A stretch of DNA of 64,000 bases from Eutreptiella sp. 'Long Island Sound 2002' (GCA_964036045.1 OZ038378.1:31930001-31994000); one strand, 5' to 3'; shown: positions 11,430 through 24,015, counted from the first letter of the stretch. Notes: generated from the sequence alone by a model not told the origin. Program-made: numbers and translations.

Positions 11430-14400
11430 CCGACGGCTAGGCCTTTCGCGACACTGTCGCTGCTACCGCTACCGCCTTGACTTGGCCAGCCGGTACCATC
11501 ATTTAGCCGGTGTGTACCACCAAGTCCATCCTTCGCGACCGGGACCCTTGCGTGCTGTCTAACCTCATAACGGAGACGGCGGGCCGCAAACCCACCATCA
11601 CCGCCCTCCACCTGCGGCCCACCCCTAGGGACTATGGGTCCTTTATTGAGTCGCTGGCCACCCGCATGCCGAGGGAGCACGTCTGCATCCACAACCACTA
11701 CATGGCTGCCCATCCGGTGGATGCCGACCCCCCCTCCCCCCCACTAGCCTCCGCTTGGGCTCCATCAAGCCCAAGCCCGCCACCTTCAGCAAGGACGCTT
11801 GGCACAAGGACGCCGCCAAGGGGAAGTTGTTCCTCTTCGATCCCCGGCATTCCGGGGAGGAGACCCTCCTCATCTGTCTGCCCTCCCGTTCCCAATGGAA
11901 GTGGGATGGGGAAGGGCCCAAGTTGACGATCCCGAGTGCGTACGCCGCCCAGGGCCTATTGCCTTTGCCATTGAACGCCACACCTCCGTTCCTTGCCTAG
12001 AATGATCCGGTTCGGGAGGTTGTAGCAAAATGCCCCATTAACAGCGATTGTACCCAGCTCCCTACGGCACAGCACCTCTTGCAGCGCACCTTTTGGACAC
12101 CGCGGGAAGTGGAGGACGCCCACAAAAAGGCTTTGGTTATTGCACAAGATCACTAGGCTCGCACCTTCAACCACAACCGCGTGGCTGCTGGCCGAACCGA
12201 GGACCCACCGGACGGCAAGATGATATTGGAGAAACCGCTAGACATGTCGCGGCATTTGGAGGGGTAGCATCACATCCGGCCGTAGACTTTGCCGTGCTTG
12301 ACCCTCACGGTGAACCGCGTGAAGGCGACACTTGAAAGAATCATTTGGAAGCGCCAGGATATGATGACACAGGGCTACATCGAGAGCATCACGCCGGAAC
12401 GTCAGCTTCCTCTTCGTGACTGTCGTGCAGCCTCACTCACGGCCGTTGGTGTCACACTTTATGTCTTTCGGGCCGCCTCAATGGGTATCCCGGATGATGA
12501 CGTATGTGCCTAGGTAGTTGCCATGTCCGCCCGTGCCTTCCCTCGGCCTTGGATTGTCCATTGCATGCCAATTAAGAGGGGTCCTCTGCGGGTCATCTTC
12601 TCCACGCTTATCCATGATGGAGGAGCTCTACCGTTGAATGCCGAGCCGGGGTCGAGCGGTATCATTGGATTTTGCGGGCTGTCCACACGCACCGTGTCCT
12701 ATGCCACCATCCACCACATCACGCCTCCATTGTGGGCATTTAAGACCAAGGTGACTTGTGGAGTCGTTGGATGCCGCCAGAAGCCCATTGCCGAGAGGTA
12801 TTTTGGTGGTGGTGTACAAGCCCTTTGCCGACAACACAGTGGTCTGCAGTGCAGCAAGTGCAGCGACGAGGATGCGGCAAGAGATTCAGGCGAGGTTGCA
12901 GCAAGCGATGGAAATTCAGTGCCTCCGCTACAACACATGGTGATCTGCTTGAATCATGCGCCTGGGACAACCCTGTGCACGAGCCATTCTGAAGGAGCAA
13001 CAACACCGCAAGTCATCGACCAAGACACGCCCCGGAGGCCGCAGGACCACCCACTGTCGGCGCTCGTACATGAGAGTGAGTGGTTGCCATGGCCAAGACC
13101 AGAGCACCATTGTTTGCTGGTGACACCCCCGGGTTTGTTGTTGGTCATTGTGAATGGGGGCTTTGGTGGATTTGGCGTGGGTACAAAGGACACCAATAAC
13201 GTTCTGATGTATAGCTGGACATGGCTCCACCAGATCCGTGACCCGTCGACCCGAGCTTGTTGCTGGCAGCCGGAGCAGAGTACCCCGTTCGGGAATGGGT
13301 TCACGAGGGAGAACACCAGTCGCCCCCCACTGACACCAATTGGACGGTCCTGGGCTGTCAATTGTCTGAAGTAATGGCCCTGCGCGAGCTTTGCGGGGAT
13401 TGCAACGGTACCTAGACGTTGTGAACAAGCTGTTGTATGGCCGTTGGATATGCCTTTTGTGGACACTCCCATTCTGGACCCCAACATAGCTCTAACGTGC
13501 GGATGGCTGGCACAGTTGCCGAAGGAGGTGGTGTAGGTTCGTCGTTGCGGACAGGTGTGAAAATGTGCACAGGCATGCGCAACGCACTGTTTTGTTTGTA
13601 GTCCGGATCCCTGCCAGGAATCCTCCTAAGGAACATGTTGCAGATCAGGATCCTTGGTCAGGATGCCAAATCAACAAGCTGTTGCGGATCAAGATTCTTC
13701 ATCAAGATGTTTGTTTACGATGAGGATGCAAACCAGGAACACCTTGAAGATTATGAATGCTAATTGGTGTTGTAGACCGGTAACAATCTGCACATGGCAC
13801 TTCCTCCTTGCGTGACCGGCCTGTGTTGCACATATGTCTTTCTTTGCAGGCCACAGTGTACCTCGGGTGCTGTGTTGCACTTCGCCATGGGCTGGCAGTA
13901 ACCCGATTTGCGAATTCGAGGACACCCCACAAAGAGAGATGCGCCCTAGCACAGTGCTCCGGGGGATCGGGGATGGATTGGACAAGTATTGAAATACTCC
14001 ATCGCAAGCCCTGCTCATGGTTGACACTGTGGCGGATGCCGTCATGGGTTAGCGGAACACATGGAGGTTCTCGACTACAACGCTGAGGTGCAAGTACAAG
14101 GCACAAGAGGTTCCTCCGATTTAGTTGTTGCACGTCAATCTACTAGCGGTTGTGGTTTCGAGGGATTGTGAGGCGGCGCACACTTGGACGTACACGGTGT
14201 ATGTCGGCCCCAGTAGTACCAATAATCAGCACGTCCCGTATGAAAACGGGTTGGCTGCCCTGAAGGGCGCTACATGCCTGCATGCGGTGGTCCGGATTGG
14301 CACTGACAGCACACCCCCTGCGGCTGTACGGTACATGGACCAGAAGGATGTCCAGTACGTTGGACGAAAGGAGAAGGGGATCCTTGGTGGTCGTACTCCC

Positions 14401-14870
14401 TCCAAAGTAGAGGAGGGCTGCGGGGATTAATAGGGGCCGCAACAGAAGAGGCCGAAGAAGGAGTTGGGGTGCAAGGGCCCGGATTGATGTTGGTGCAGGC
14501 GATTGCTGCGACACTGACAAGGTTGTGGACAAGCTTGCATATGCATTTTCCTGTGCGGCTGCTGGCACGTAGGCAAGCTGTTTATGGAGTGCTGAAACCC
14601 ACGTGCTCCAGGCCAACGTTACGTGGCTGCAAGTTGACAACAAGACCTTTTAGGACAAAACTGTGCAATTGCAGGGTATTGGGGACCTTGCATACACCGG
14701 GTATATGTAACGGTCGGACAAGTATGCACAATGGGTAGGTCAAGTGGCGCAATTAATAGCGGAGAATGAGCGGCTACACATTGAGATAGCTAGTGCATGC
14801 GCGGGGCACGTCAAGGCAAACATGCATGTCGAACGGCTTCAGGCACCGATGAATGCACATACATAAAAGT
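11430..14870 (+). pseudogene. Long degenerate gene (~1000+ codons), unassigned, with Cys/His motifs
   Basis: Track ORFs 11755, 12289 and 12523 share one frame to 13374, separated only by five TAG codons. Protein-like translation continues through stops and shifts to ~14870. Contains CGVVGC..LCRQH..C..C. Confidence 0.6.
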
Positions 14871-15542
14871 TCCAATCCCAATCGGAGTGTAGCTGCTATT
14901 TGCACTCGTAGAATATTGTTTCCTCTCCGTCCAAAACAGGTGTGCCAAAGTAGACCAAGTTAACCCGCTTCGGCGGAGGCTATCAACAGTCCGCTAAATG
15001 GCGGTGCGCACATTTTACGGTGTGCCACGTGTAGGCCCCGTGCAATCACGTTTCTTGCGGCGGCGTGGTGCAAAGCGATTGGTACGCATGGCAAGGCGGC
15101 ATTTGCGCGGACCAAAAGGTGCGAAGCGAGGGCAGCGAGGCCGGTGATTTATGACCTTGAACCTGCTATGATCACACCTCTCCTTTCGTACAAGAGAAAT
15201 GTTGTTCCCCCCGTTGTTTGGCAGTTGTGGGCTGCCATCATTAGTATTTCACAGAAGGGAAAGGCACCTGTTTGATGTTGTATTTTGCTTTATCATTCAT
15301 TGGAAGGCATGGAGACTGAAGCACAATCGACCCGGCACATCATTGTGGTGGAGAGTGCAATAGGGTTGTGTTGGTGTGGTGCAATGTGAGAGGCGCACCC
15401 CTGGCGCACCCAGGCCATCCTCCCCGCCCCCCCCCCCCCCACGCCGGAAATGAGCCCAATTGGAAGTAGTTAAGAAAGTAGGCGAGGAAGAGTTATCAGC
15501 ATGATATGCCCAATGAGCAAGTCCAATCAATAACCCCATTCA

Positions 15543-16350
15543 GGAGCGCCTTTCAAGTTAGTATGTATGGTCATCAACGTAGGTCAGCAACCACTCCCTA
15601 GTGAGGGCCCCATCCCTGAAGATACTTTCCTGTGGACTTGTTAATATGCAAGACCTTTATGTGTACCCTTCTTGGCGGACTTCAAATCCACAAACGTATA
15701 TTCCAACACGGAGGACCTTGTAGAAAGGTTTGAGGGTAATGTGCTCCGGCTGACACGCAAAGTTTTTGCGATGCTAAAGCACGAGGCAAAGGCCGAGCGC
15801 CTAGCATTAGTGCAACACGTATTCTTTTTCGTTCGCCCCAATGAACCAAAGAATGCCCCCCATCGGGGCAGCGGGGTCACAATGTTATGCAATTGTGAGG
15901 TATGTCCGTGCTCAAAGGTGCAACACTTCGACGCAGAGCCGTAGTTACTAGCCTGCATCCCCTTTTCAACCCCGGTGAGAAATCATTCAAATCGTATTGT
16001 TTGTGGGTTGTCAAGTACTGTGTTGGTGTTGGCCTCAACGTACGCCACCTAGCCATTCATCCATGCTACACAGTCACACGCGATCATCAGCGCCGACCAC
16101 CTGCTGCACAGAACTCGTTGGGCCCCACGCCAACGAACACCTCCGCCGGAGTTGTTGTGGTTCACCACAGTCGCGGGTGGGATGATGCACATTGTGGTGC
16201 ACAGCTTTGCAATGCAATTTCCAAGCCAGTAGCCAGTGACTTGTGAGCATGGGCTACAGAGGGGATGCGCGGTGGGTCAAAGGACGCATGCAACAAGTGC
16301 GCCGGACATTATGCAACAAGCTGCACATGCACCCTTGGCTGCCCGCGTCC
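15543..16350 (+). pseudogene. Unassigned protein family Y, copy 1
   Basis: QHVFFFVRPNEP..PHRGSGV..VQHFDAEP..TVTRDH is colinear with 34290-34757. Confidence 0.5.
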
Positions 16351-17329
16351 CCCTCTAACCTACAAAAATATATATAGTTGACGTTATGTTAGCCGAAGTT
16401 TTCCCTGAGACAACAGAGTATCAAAAGCGTGTGGTGCAGGTGGTGAAGGTGTTTCACCCGAACGGCACTGTGGAGGTAAAAAATGTTAAGGTGCACAAGA
16501 TTGGTTTTTAGCATCATCAAGAGTGTGACTGACATGCACACATTGTGGCGCAAAAAGACATTCTTGAGCAAGTCGAAGGTGGCGTGTGGAGACCACGACA
16601 TCCAAACAGCTTGGTGTGTTATGCCACCTCGTGCATTGGAAGGCGATTTTCTCGCTCCACTAGACCGTGGCGCACAGCGCGTGGTTTGTTCGGAAGTATA
16701 GGAGTGTGTACATGTGTAGTTCCGTTCCAACGGAAAAGCGGAACCCCCCGTTCAAAACCCATGTCCAAGAGGATACTGTATGGCAACCAAGATGGCCGTG
16801 AGACATCAGACATCAAACTTTTATGGACCGCCAATATGCACCCATAAGCCCCCCTCCCCCATGATGCAACCCCCCCCCCCCTACAACCCACATTTGGACA
16901 CCCCCAATGTAATGCCCCCTCCCCCCCAACATTGGTTTGCACCCCCCCCCCCCCGGTTGGCCCTTCCCTAGTCTAGCCCCCCACTCATGAGTTCTCTTCT
17001 ACACCCCTCCCCGCGCAAATTGTGTTGTGTGTTTATTTGAATGAAGCATGAAGAATGATTTGGTAAAGACCCCCCTCTCTTTGCTGTGTGTTTATTTGCA
17101 AGAATTGAATGCACCATTCAATTATAGTAATTATTTTGTTTAGAGGTGTCCTCAGTGCCTTGCGTGCTTCGCATTCCTTGCATGTTCATGTTTGCCTTCA
17201 TGTAGAATGGGAAAAGAATCAGAAAACACCACCCTCCTCCTCCCCGGCGTATTAACATATGGAAAAGCCTCACCCCCCCTTTGGGATGTAATTCGTCATG
17301 TGGCGTGTCCGGAAAAAATGTGTGTGAAC

Positions 17330-18600
17330 ATATGTCTCGTTTGTTTGATGTTCCTGCGGTTCCCATGACCTTATTATTTGTGAATTCGAAATCCATTGAT
17401 ACAATTCGCATTGGTCATGATGCTGACGCTTGAGGGAGCATAGCCAGCCTCCAGTCTCCGTTGTGACGTTGTGGCTGTAGGTGGAGTGTAGGTGGCATGT
17501 GCCCACACATTTGCCTTTTTTTGCATGTTGTGTTCTTTGCAACCCCTTCCGTGATGATCCAATTCATTTGTGCACCCTGTAGGGTGCTCTGCGGATGTTG
17601 GGTTTGTACTATGCCACAAACCCCAACAGGTACCTTTTTCTTAGGTCCTGTTTTGTGTCGGCCCGGAGGTCAAAAAACGCACCATTTTGTGCACTGAGCA
17701 TTACCCGTCCCCTTGCGGATCCTTCAGCACATGAATGCACTGCACAGTAGGGAGACACAGTGTTTCGTGCGTTGAGAAGGGCCGGGCCATGAGCAGCATG
17801 CGTGCCGCGCCATCAGCAGGGAGACAGGTCCAGTCTCCACCACATCCTCTAAGTGCCTCATAGCGGCAGCTTCAAAACTCCATTTCCACCGACAGGGATG
17901 TCCGTGAGGGGTTCACATCACTTCTCACCAGGTGTATCCGACCTTCATTCACAAAAACAAGACATGTGAGAAGGGGCTCTGCTGTGTGTCAAAATTTTAC
18001 ATCTCAAAGGGGTGGCACCATTCTGGAAATGCTCATGCAAGTAGGAGGGGGAAGGTGGTGTTTTCCAATTCGTTTCTCTTTCTATGTAAAGACAAACATC
18101 GACTGCAAAGGAAAGCAAAGCACGTAAAGCACATGAGGCACCATTCAACCAAGTAAATACAGGTTCAAAGAAAAAAATATGTCTTGTGGCTTGTCCAGAA
18201 AAACACGGCAAACCAGAAATGGAAAATATGTCTGTCACCATTTGTCGCATTTGTTTGGTGTTCTTGTTGTTACCATGACGTTTTTATTTGTGAATCCCAA
18301 TTCCATTGATACCATTTGCATTGGTCATGATGCTAACCCTTGAGGCAGCATAGCCAGTCCGAAGTGTGAGCTGTGACGCTGTGACTGTAGGTGAAATGGT
18401 TCACGTTCCCCACCCCAGTTGCATCCCCTTCAAGGATTCTTTTTGGACGTGTATAGGCACCGTGTGGGGATGGGTTGCTGGTGTTGGGTTCGTGCAAAGG
18501 CACAGATCCCTGCAGAGATATTTTTCTTAGGCCCTGTTTCGTACCAACATCCCCTTGAGAAGACACATTTTCCTGCTGGGACTCAATCATGACATGCTTG
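17330..18600. repeat. Diverged direct duplication (17330-17700 vs 18240-18600)
   Basis: Shared blocks such as TTATTTGTGAAT..TCCATTGATAC..GCATTGGTCATGATGCT..TTGAGG.AGCATAGCCAG and TTTTTCTTAGG.CCTGTTT. Confidence 0.85.
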
Positions 18601-18660
18601 TCCAACACAACATCGTCCTGTCTATAGGTTGTCTCTATCGTTAGTCGCCATACAGGATGA

Positions 18661-18745
18661 CACCCTTTAAGGATTCACGGCAACCCTTGTACACTAGTGT
18701 AGACCCCATGCAGTGAATCATGGATGGGTGTATGCCCTTCAATGA
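18661..18745. repeat. Orphan degenerate copy of the 72-bp hairpin unit
   Basis: AAGGATTCACGGCAACCC..ACACTAGTGTAGACCCCATGCAGTGAATC matches the junction of the units in 21401-23800. Confidence 0.8.
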
Positions 18746-19304
18746 GCCCCTGCTCTTGTTCTCGAAAAAGTCTCACAGGGCCCTATTTTTGGGAGCTACA
18801 ACATAAAATATGAGAAGGGGCGGTGCATTGGTTCATGAGTGTTGTGAATGTATGTTGCATGTCTGCCTGTGATGCTCAGCTCTGAGGCAGCAAAACTTGC
18901 TTGTAGGCTCAGCCTTGGCGCCGTGGCTGCTGTGGTTGGCATCCTTCGCCATGCACACGTCTGTTTCCCCAAGGGCCGGGAAATGTCAAAGCGCACATGG
19001 ACCATGTAGTGCTATGTACTGTCAACTGCCATTCCATGCCTCCATGCCACTCCTCCGTGTTTTTCTATACTCAACAGTTGTATTTGCCTCACTAGACCTC
19101 CCAAGTGTAGATTTTTGGTCTGCGGCCTCGACCCTAGCGTTGTAGGCCACAGAACTGACCCTCTCCCCACGCTTCTAGTTTCATTAGTGTGTGCCTCTGA
19201 ACCGCATCAGTTGGTTGTGGTCCAAGCCCTAGCGCTAAGCGGCCAAACATATATGAGCCACTCTGTGCCCCTCGAGCCGGAGCACTCAATTCCATTCCCA
19301 GCTC

Positions 19305-21265
19305 TTGCGTGCGTCGACCAAACTTCGTCTCAGCCACTCAGTCCTGGTCAAGGCCTTGGATTCCCGAATCCCCAACGCCACCAAATGGGGGAAAAAGCCA
19401 CAGCAAGTTGCGCCACCACCCGGTGGTGTGGCTTTCGTCATGCTCCCTACGTCGGTTGACTTATTCGCACAACAGGGTGATCAACCCTCATCATCATCGT
19501 CATCATCGATGCGTGCCCCTAAGCCCCATCAGTCAGCCCCTATTCCGGCCCTCTTGCTGGTTTACTCGGGCGCACCACAAGGTGCTCAACCCCCTGCACA
19601 ACCACTGCGCGCCCCCGAGCCGCAGCCGTCTGCCCCTGTTTCGGCCCTGGCGCCGGTTGACTTGGGCGCACCATAGGTGCTCAATCCTCATCACAAACAC
19701 TGCGTGCCCCTAAGCCGCAGCAATCTGTCCAAGTGGTGGCTCCGGCGCCGGTTGACTCGGCTGCACCAGAGGGTGCTCAACCCACATCACACGCACTGCG
19801 TGCCCCTAAACCGCACCCATCTGTCAAACTCTTGGCTATGGCGCCGGTTGACTCGGCCATAGCACCGGGTGGTCAACCCTCACCACAACCACTGTGTGCC
19901 CCTGAGCCGCAGCCATCTGTCCAAGTCCCGGCCTCGCTGCCGGTGGACTTGGCCGCACAGCTCCCAATGGCCTTGGACAGCAGCTGCACATAGAATGCCC
20001 TGGATTATGGGCCCGATGACAATGTTGTGTCAAGGTTTACCCAATCTTGGCTTGACTGTTACAGGTTCGTGGCCAAGGCATTGGAGGTCTACACTGTCCA
20101 TGAGATGGTTGCCGCTGCCCAATGCGCACAAGACAACGGCAGAGAAAGGAACTTTGACTTCGAGCGATGGTGGCCTCATCTTGATGGTGATGGGAACGTG
20201 CCCACCCAAGCGTACTAGGCCTCACGATTGCAGGTGGGGGGCAATATGAGCTCAATGATGGTGACATGGTGCACGGCTGGGTTGCCACGGAGCCTTGGGA
20301 CGCTTCGAAACCGGACTTCTAGGCAAGGGTTCATGGTGGTGGCATCTCCGATGACAATGTGTGGATCGGTGCTACTACTACGCAAAAGGCGATTTCAGCG
20401 GCGGGTATGGGTGCATGGTTGTCCCTGACTCCGCTACCTGTTGCAACTTGTGTAACGAAATCCAGCAAGGTGCCACATGGTCCAAATTGTAGGCAAACAT
20501 CCGGGTTGAACCAAAGGACCTGCCTCCCTTGTGAGATTGCGAGCGGCAGATCGTAAACCACCTGGTCGAACGCCACTGCTTGAACAATTCGCAGGCTTTG
20601 GCTGTACGTCAAGTACCGGACGAGTCATGCATCACAACAATGACCGGAGGTGCTGGGAGACTCTAGTGGCATGCATCAAAGCCGTGCTATGGCAGCAAGG
20701 CTACGTTTTTGCCCAGAACTCAGATCCTGTTAACCCTGGCACCATCAATCAGGGCAAGAGGGTGAGCGGTCCTGAGGGTGACAACCCCCCACGTTCATGC
20801 GTGTGGCGACGGCATCCACCGGTGCAAAAGTACACAACTTGCTGCAACGGGTGCATGAGGAGTGTTACAGTGATGACATGTTCCGCTACCAGGTGCTCGC
20901 CGACCATCCGGCACCCTGGTTGCGCCTACGTGCCCAATGGGCTGCTGCCGCACCTCAGCTTAGGTCATTTGAGTGGGACAGTGAGTGGGGCACACCCCGG
21001 GTTATAAGCGCACCATAGCGATGCTCTTAATAGCTGCCGTGTGGTGTTTGCCACCGCTGGAATGTTTGCTAACGGGCATAGGCTGCTTTTTGGGGCTGCT
21101 CTAGGGAACCCACAAACTGGGTTCCTCTTCAGCTTTGTTGACGAGGCGTCCACGCACAACATCCCGCTAGAACGGGACTTGGCTGCCATGGGCAGACCGT
21201 GGGCAGTTGCGGGCGGCCCTACGGCCACATCCAGCTATTGGCTGCTAAATGTCCTACGTATGTAG
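19305..21265 (+). pseudogene. Degenerate gene with ~32-aa Pro/Ala/Gln coding repeats, unknown function
   Basis: About five ~96-bp repeats at 19510-19975 (GAQPxxxxLRAPxPQPSVxVxAxAPVDxAAP). ORFs 20027, 20228 and 20531 share a frame. Shifted tail to 21265. Confidence 0.55.
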
Positions 21266-21400
21266 ATCTAAAGCCCGAGCATGTTTCATGTCATGTGGCG
21301 TTCTGAAGTGCATTGGCATGACTCCCACCGCTTCTGCACCACCAGCACATTGCGATTTTTCTTTTGCTGCATGTGTGACTATGCTAGTATCCTCGTACAG

Positions 21401-23800
21401 CAGTAGACCCCATGCGGTGAATCCCTTGAGGTTCTACAGCCACCAAGGATTCACTGCATGTCCTCCACACTAGTGTACAACCCATGCGGTGAATCTTTGA
21501 AGGGTCTACACCCATCAAGGATTTGTCGCGTCCCCTCTGGACTAGTGTATAGCCCATGCAATGAATCCTAGGAGGGTCTACACCCCCCCCAGGATTCATC
21601 GCATCCACTGTAGACTAGTGTACAGCCCATGCGATGAATCCTCGGAGGGTTGCACCCCTCCTAGCATTCGTCGCATCTACTGTAGACTAGTGTAGAACCG
21701 ATGCGATGAATCTTAGGAGGGTCTACACCCCCCAGCATTCATCGCATCCCCTCAAGACTAGTGTACAGCCCATGCGATAAATCCTAGGAGGGTCTACACC
21801 CCCCAAGGATTCATCGCATCCCCTCTAGACTAATGCTCAGCCCACGGGATGAATCCTAGCAGGGTCTACGGCCCCCACGATTCATCGCATCCCCTCTACA
21901 CTAGTGTACAGCCAATGCGATGAATCCTAGGAGGGTCTACACCCCCCTAGGATCCGTCGCATCTCCTCAAGACTAGTGTACACCCATGCGATGAATCCTA
22001 GGAGGGTCTACACCCCCCTAGGATTCATCGCATCCCCTGTGGACTAGTGTACAACCCATGCGATGAATCCTACGAGGGTCTACACCCCCCAAGGATTCAT
22101 CGCATCCATTGTAGACTGTAGACACTGTAGACAGTGTACAGCCCATGCGATGAATCCTAGGAGGGTCTACACTCCCCAAGGATTCATCGCATCCCCTCTA
22201 GACTAGTGTACAGCCCATGCGATGAATCCTAGGAGGGTCTACACCCCCCTAGGATCCATCGCATCCCCTCAAGACTAGTGTACAGCCATGCGATGAATCC
22301 TAGGAGGGTCTACACCCCCCTAGGATTCATCGCATCCCCTGTGGACTAGTGTACAACCCATGCGATGAATCCTACGAGGGTCTACACCCCCCAAGGATTC
22401 ATCGCATCCACTGTAGACTGTAGACAGTGTAGACAGTGTACAGCGCATGCGATGAATCCTAGGAGGGTCTACACTCCCCAAGGATTCATCGCATCCCCTC
22501 TAGACTAGTGTACAGCCCATGCGATGAATCCTAGGAGGGTCTACACCCCCCTAGGATCCATCGCATCCCCTCAAGACTAGTGTACACCCATGCGATGAAT
22601 CCTAGGAGGGTCTACACCCCCCTAGGATTCATCGCATCCCCTCTGGACTAGTGTACACCCATGCGATGAATCCTACGAGGGTCTACACCCCCCAAGGATT
22701 CATCGCATCCACTGTAGACTGTAGACACTGTAGACAGTGTACAGCCCATGCGATGAATCCTAGGAGGGTGTACACTCCCCAAGGGTTCATCGCATCCCCT
22801 CTAGACTAGTGTACAGCCCATGCGATGAATCCTAGGAGGGTCTACACCCCCCAAGGATTCATCGCATCCCCTCTAGACTAGTGTAGAGCCCATGCGATGA
22901 ATCCTAGGAGGGTCTACACCCCCCTAGGATTCATCGCATCCCCTCAAGACTAGTGTACACCCATGCGATGAATCCTAGGAGGGTCTACACCCCCCTAGGA
23001 TTCATCGCATCCCCTGTGGACTAGTGTACAACCCATGCGATGAATCCTACGAGGGTCTACGATCCCCAAGGATTCATCGCATCCCCTCTAGACTAGTGTA
23101 CAGCCCACGCGATCAATCTTAGGATCAAGGTTTCACCGCATCTCTAAACTAGTGTACAACCCACGCGATGAATCCTAGGAGGGTCTACACCCCCCTAGGA
23201 TTCATCGCATCCCATCAAGACTAGTGTACACCCATGCGATGAATCCTAGGAGGGTCTACACCCCCCTAGGATTCATCGCATCCCCTGTGGACTAGTGTAC
23301 AGCCCACGCGATGAATCCTAGGATCAAGGTTTCACCGCATCCCTTCTAAACTAGTGTACAGCCCATGCGATGAATCCTACGAGGGTCTACACCCCCCTAG
23401 CATCCATCGCATCCCCTCAAGACTAGTGTACACCCATGCGATGAATCCTATGAGGTTCTACACCTGCCAAGGGTTCATCGCATCCACTGTAGACTAGTGT
23501 ACAGCCCACGCGATGAATCCTAGGATCAAGGTTTCAACGCATCCTCTCTAAACTAGTGTACAGCCCATGCGGTGAATCCTTGGAAGGTCTACACCCACCA
23601 ACGATTCACCGCATCCCTCTAGAGTAGCGTAGAACCCATGCGGTGAATCCTTAGAGGTCTATACCCTCCAAGGATTCACTGCATCCCTCTAGACTAGTCT
23701 ACAGCCCATGCGGTGACTCCTTGAGGGGTCTACACCTTCCAAGGATTCACTGCATCCCCTCTACACTAGTGTCTAGCCCATGCGGTGAATCCTTGGATGG
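21401..23800. repeat. Satellite of ~72-bp palindromic units (~33 copies) with higher-order structure
   Basis: Unit ATGCGATGAATCCTAGGAGGGT-CTAC-ACCCCCCAAGGATTCATCGCAT-CCCCTCTAGACTAGTGTACAGCCC. The two arms are inverted repeats and the spacers are nearly invariant. Confidence 0.97.
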
Positions 23801-24015
23801 ATCTCTTACTGATGCCACACTAAAGGGGGCGAGCCCACCACCAACCAAGCGAAGAGCGACATTTTTGTTGTACAAGCGCAAGCCAACCAATCTGTTGGTA
23901 CCACACATGTCACGGTTTGCCTCCCAACGAACAAGGGCTTCCGCCCTTCGGGACAATGGGGATGCCTAGAGCATGGCTACCGACACCTATGTGCCAGCCA
24001 TGGCGCTAACACCAG

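Noticed and set aside
21401-23800. CRISPR array or TIGR-like guide array
   Set aside because: The sequences between palindromes are near-identical rather than unique spacers, no cas or Tas gene is visible, and the context is eukaryotic.
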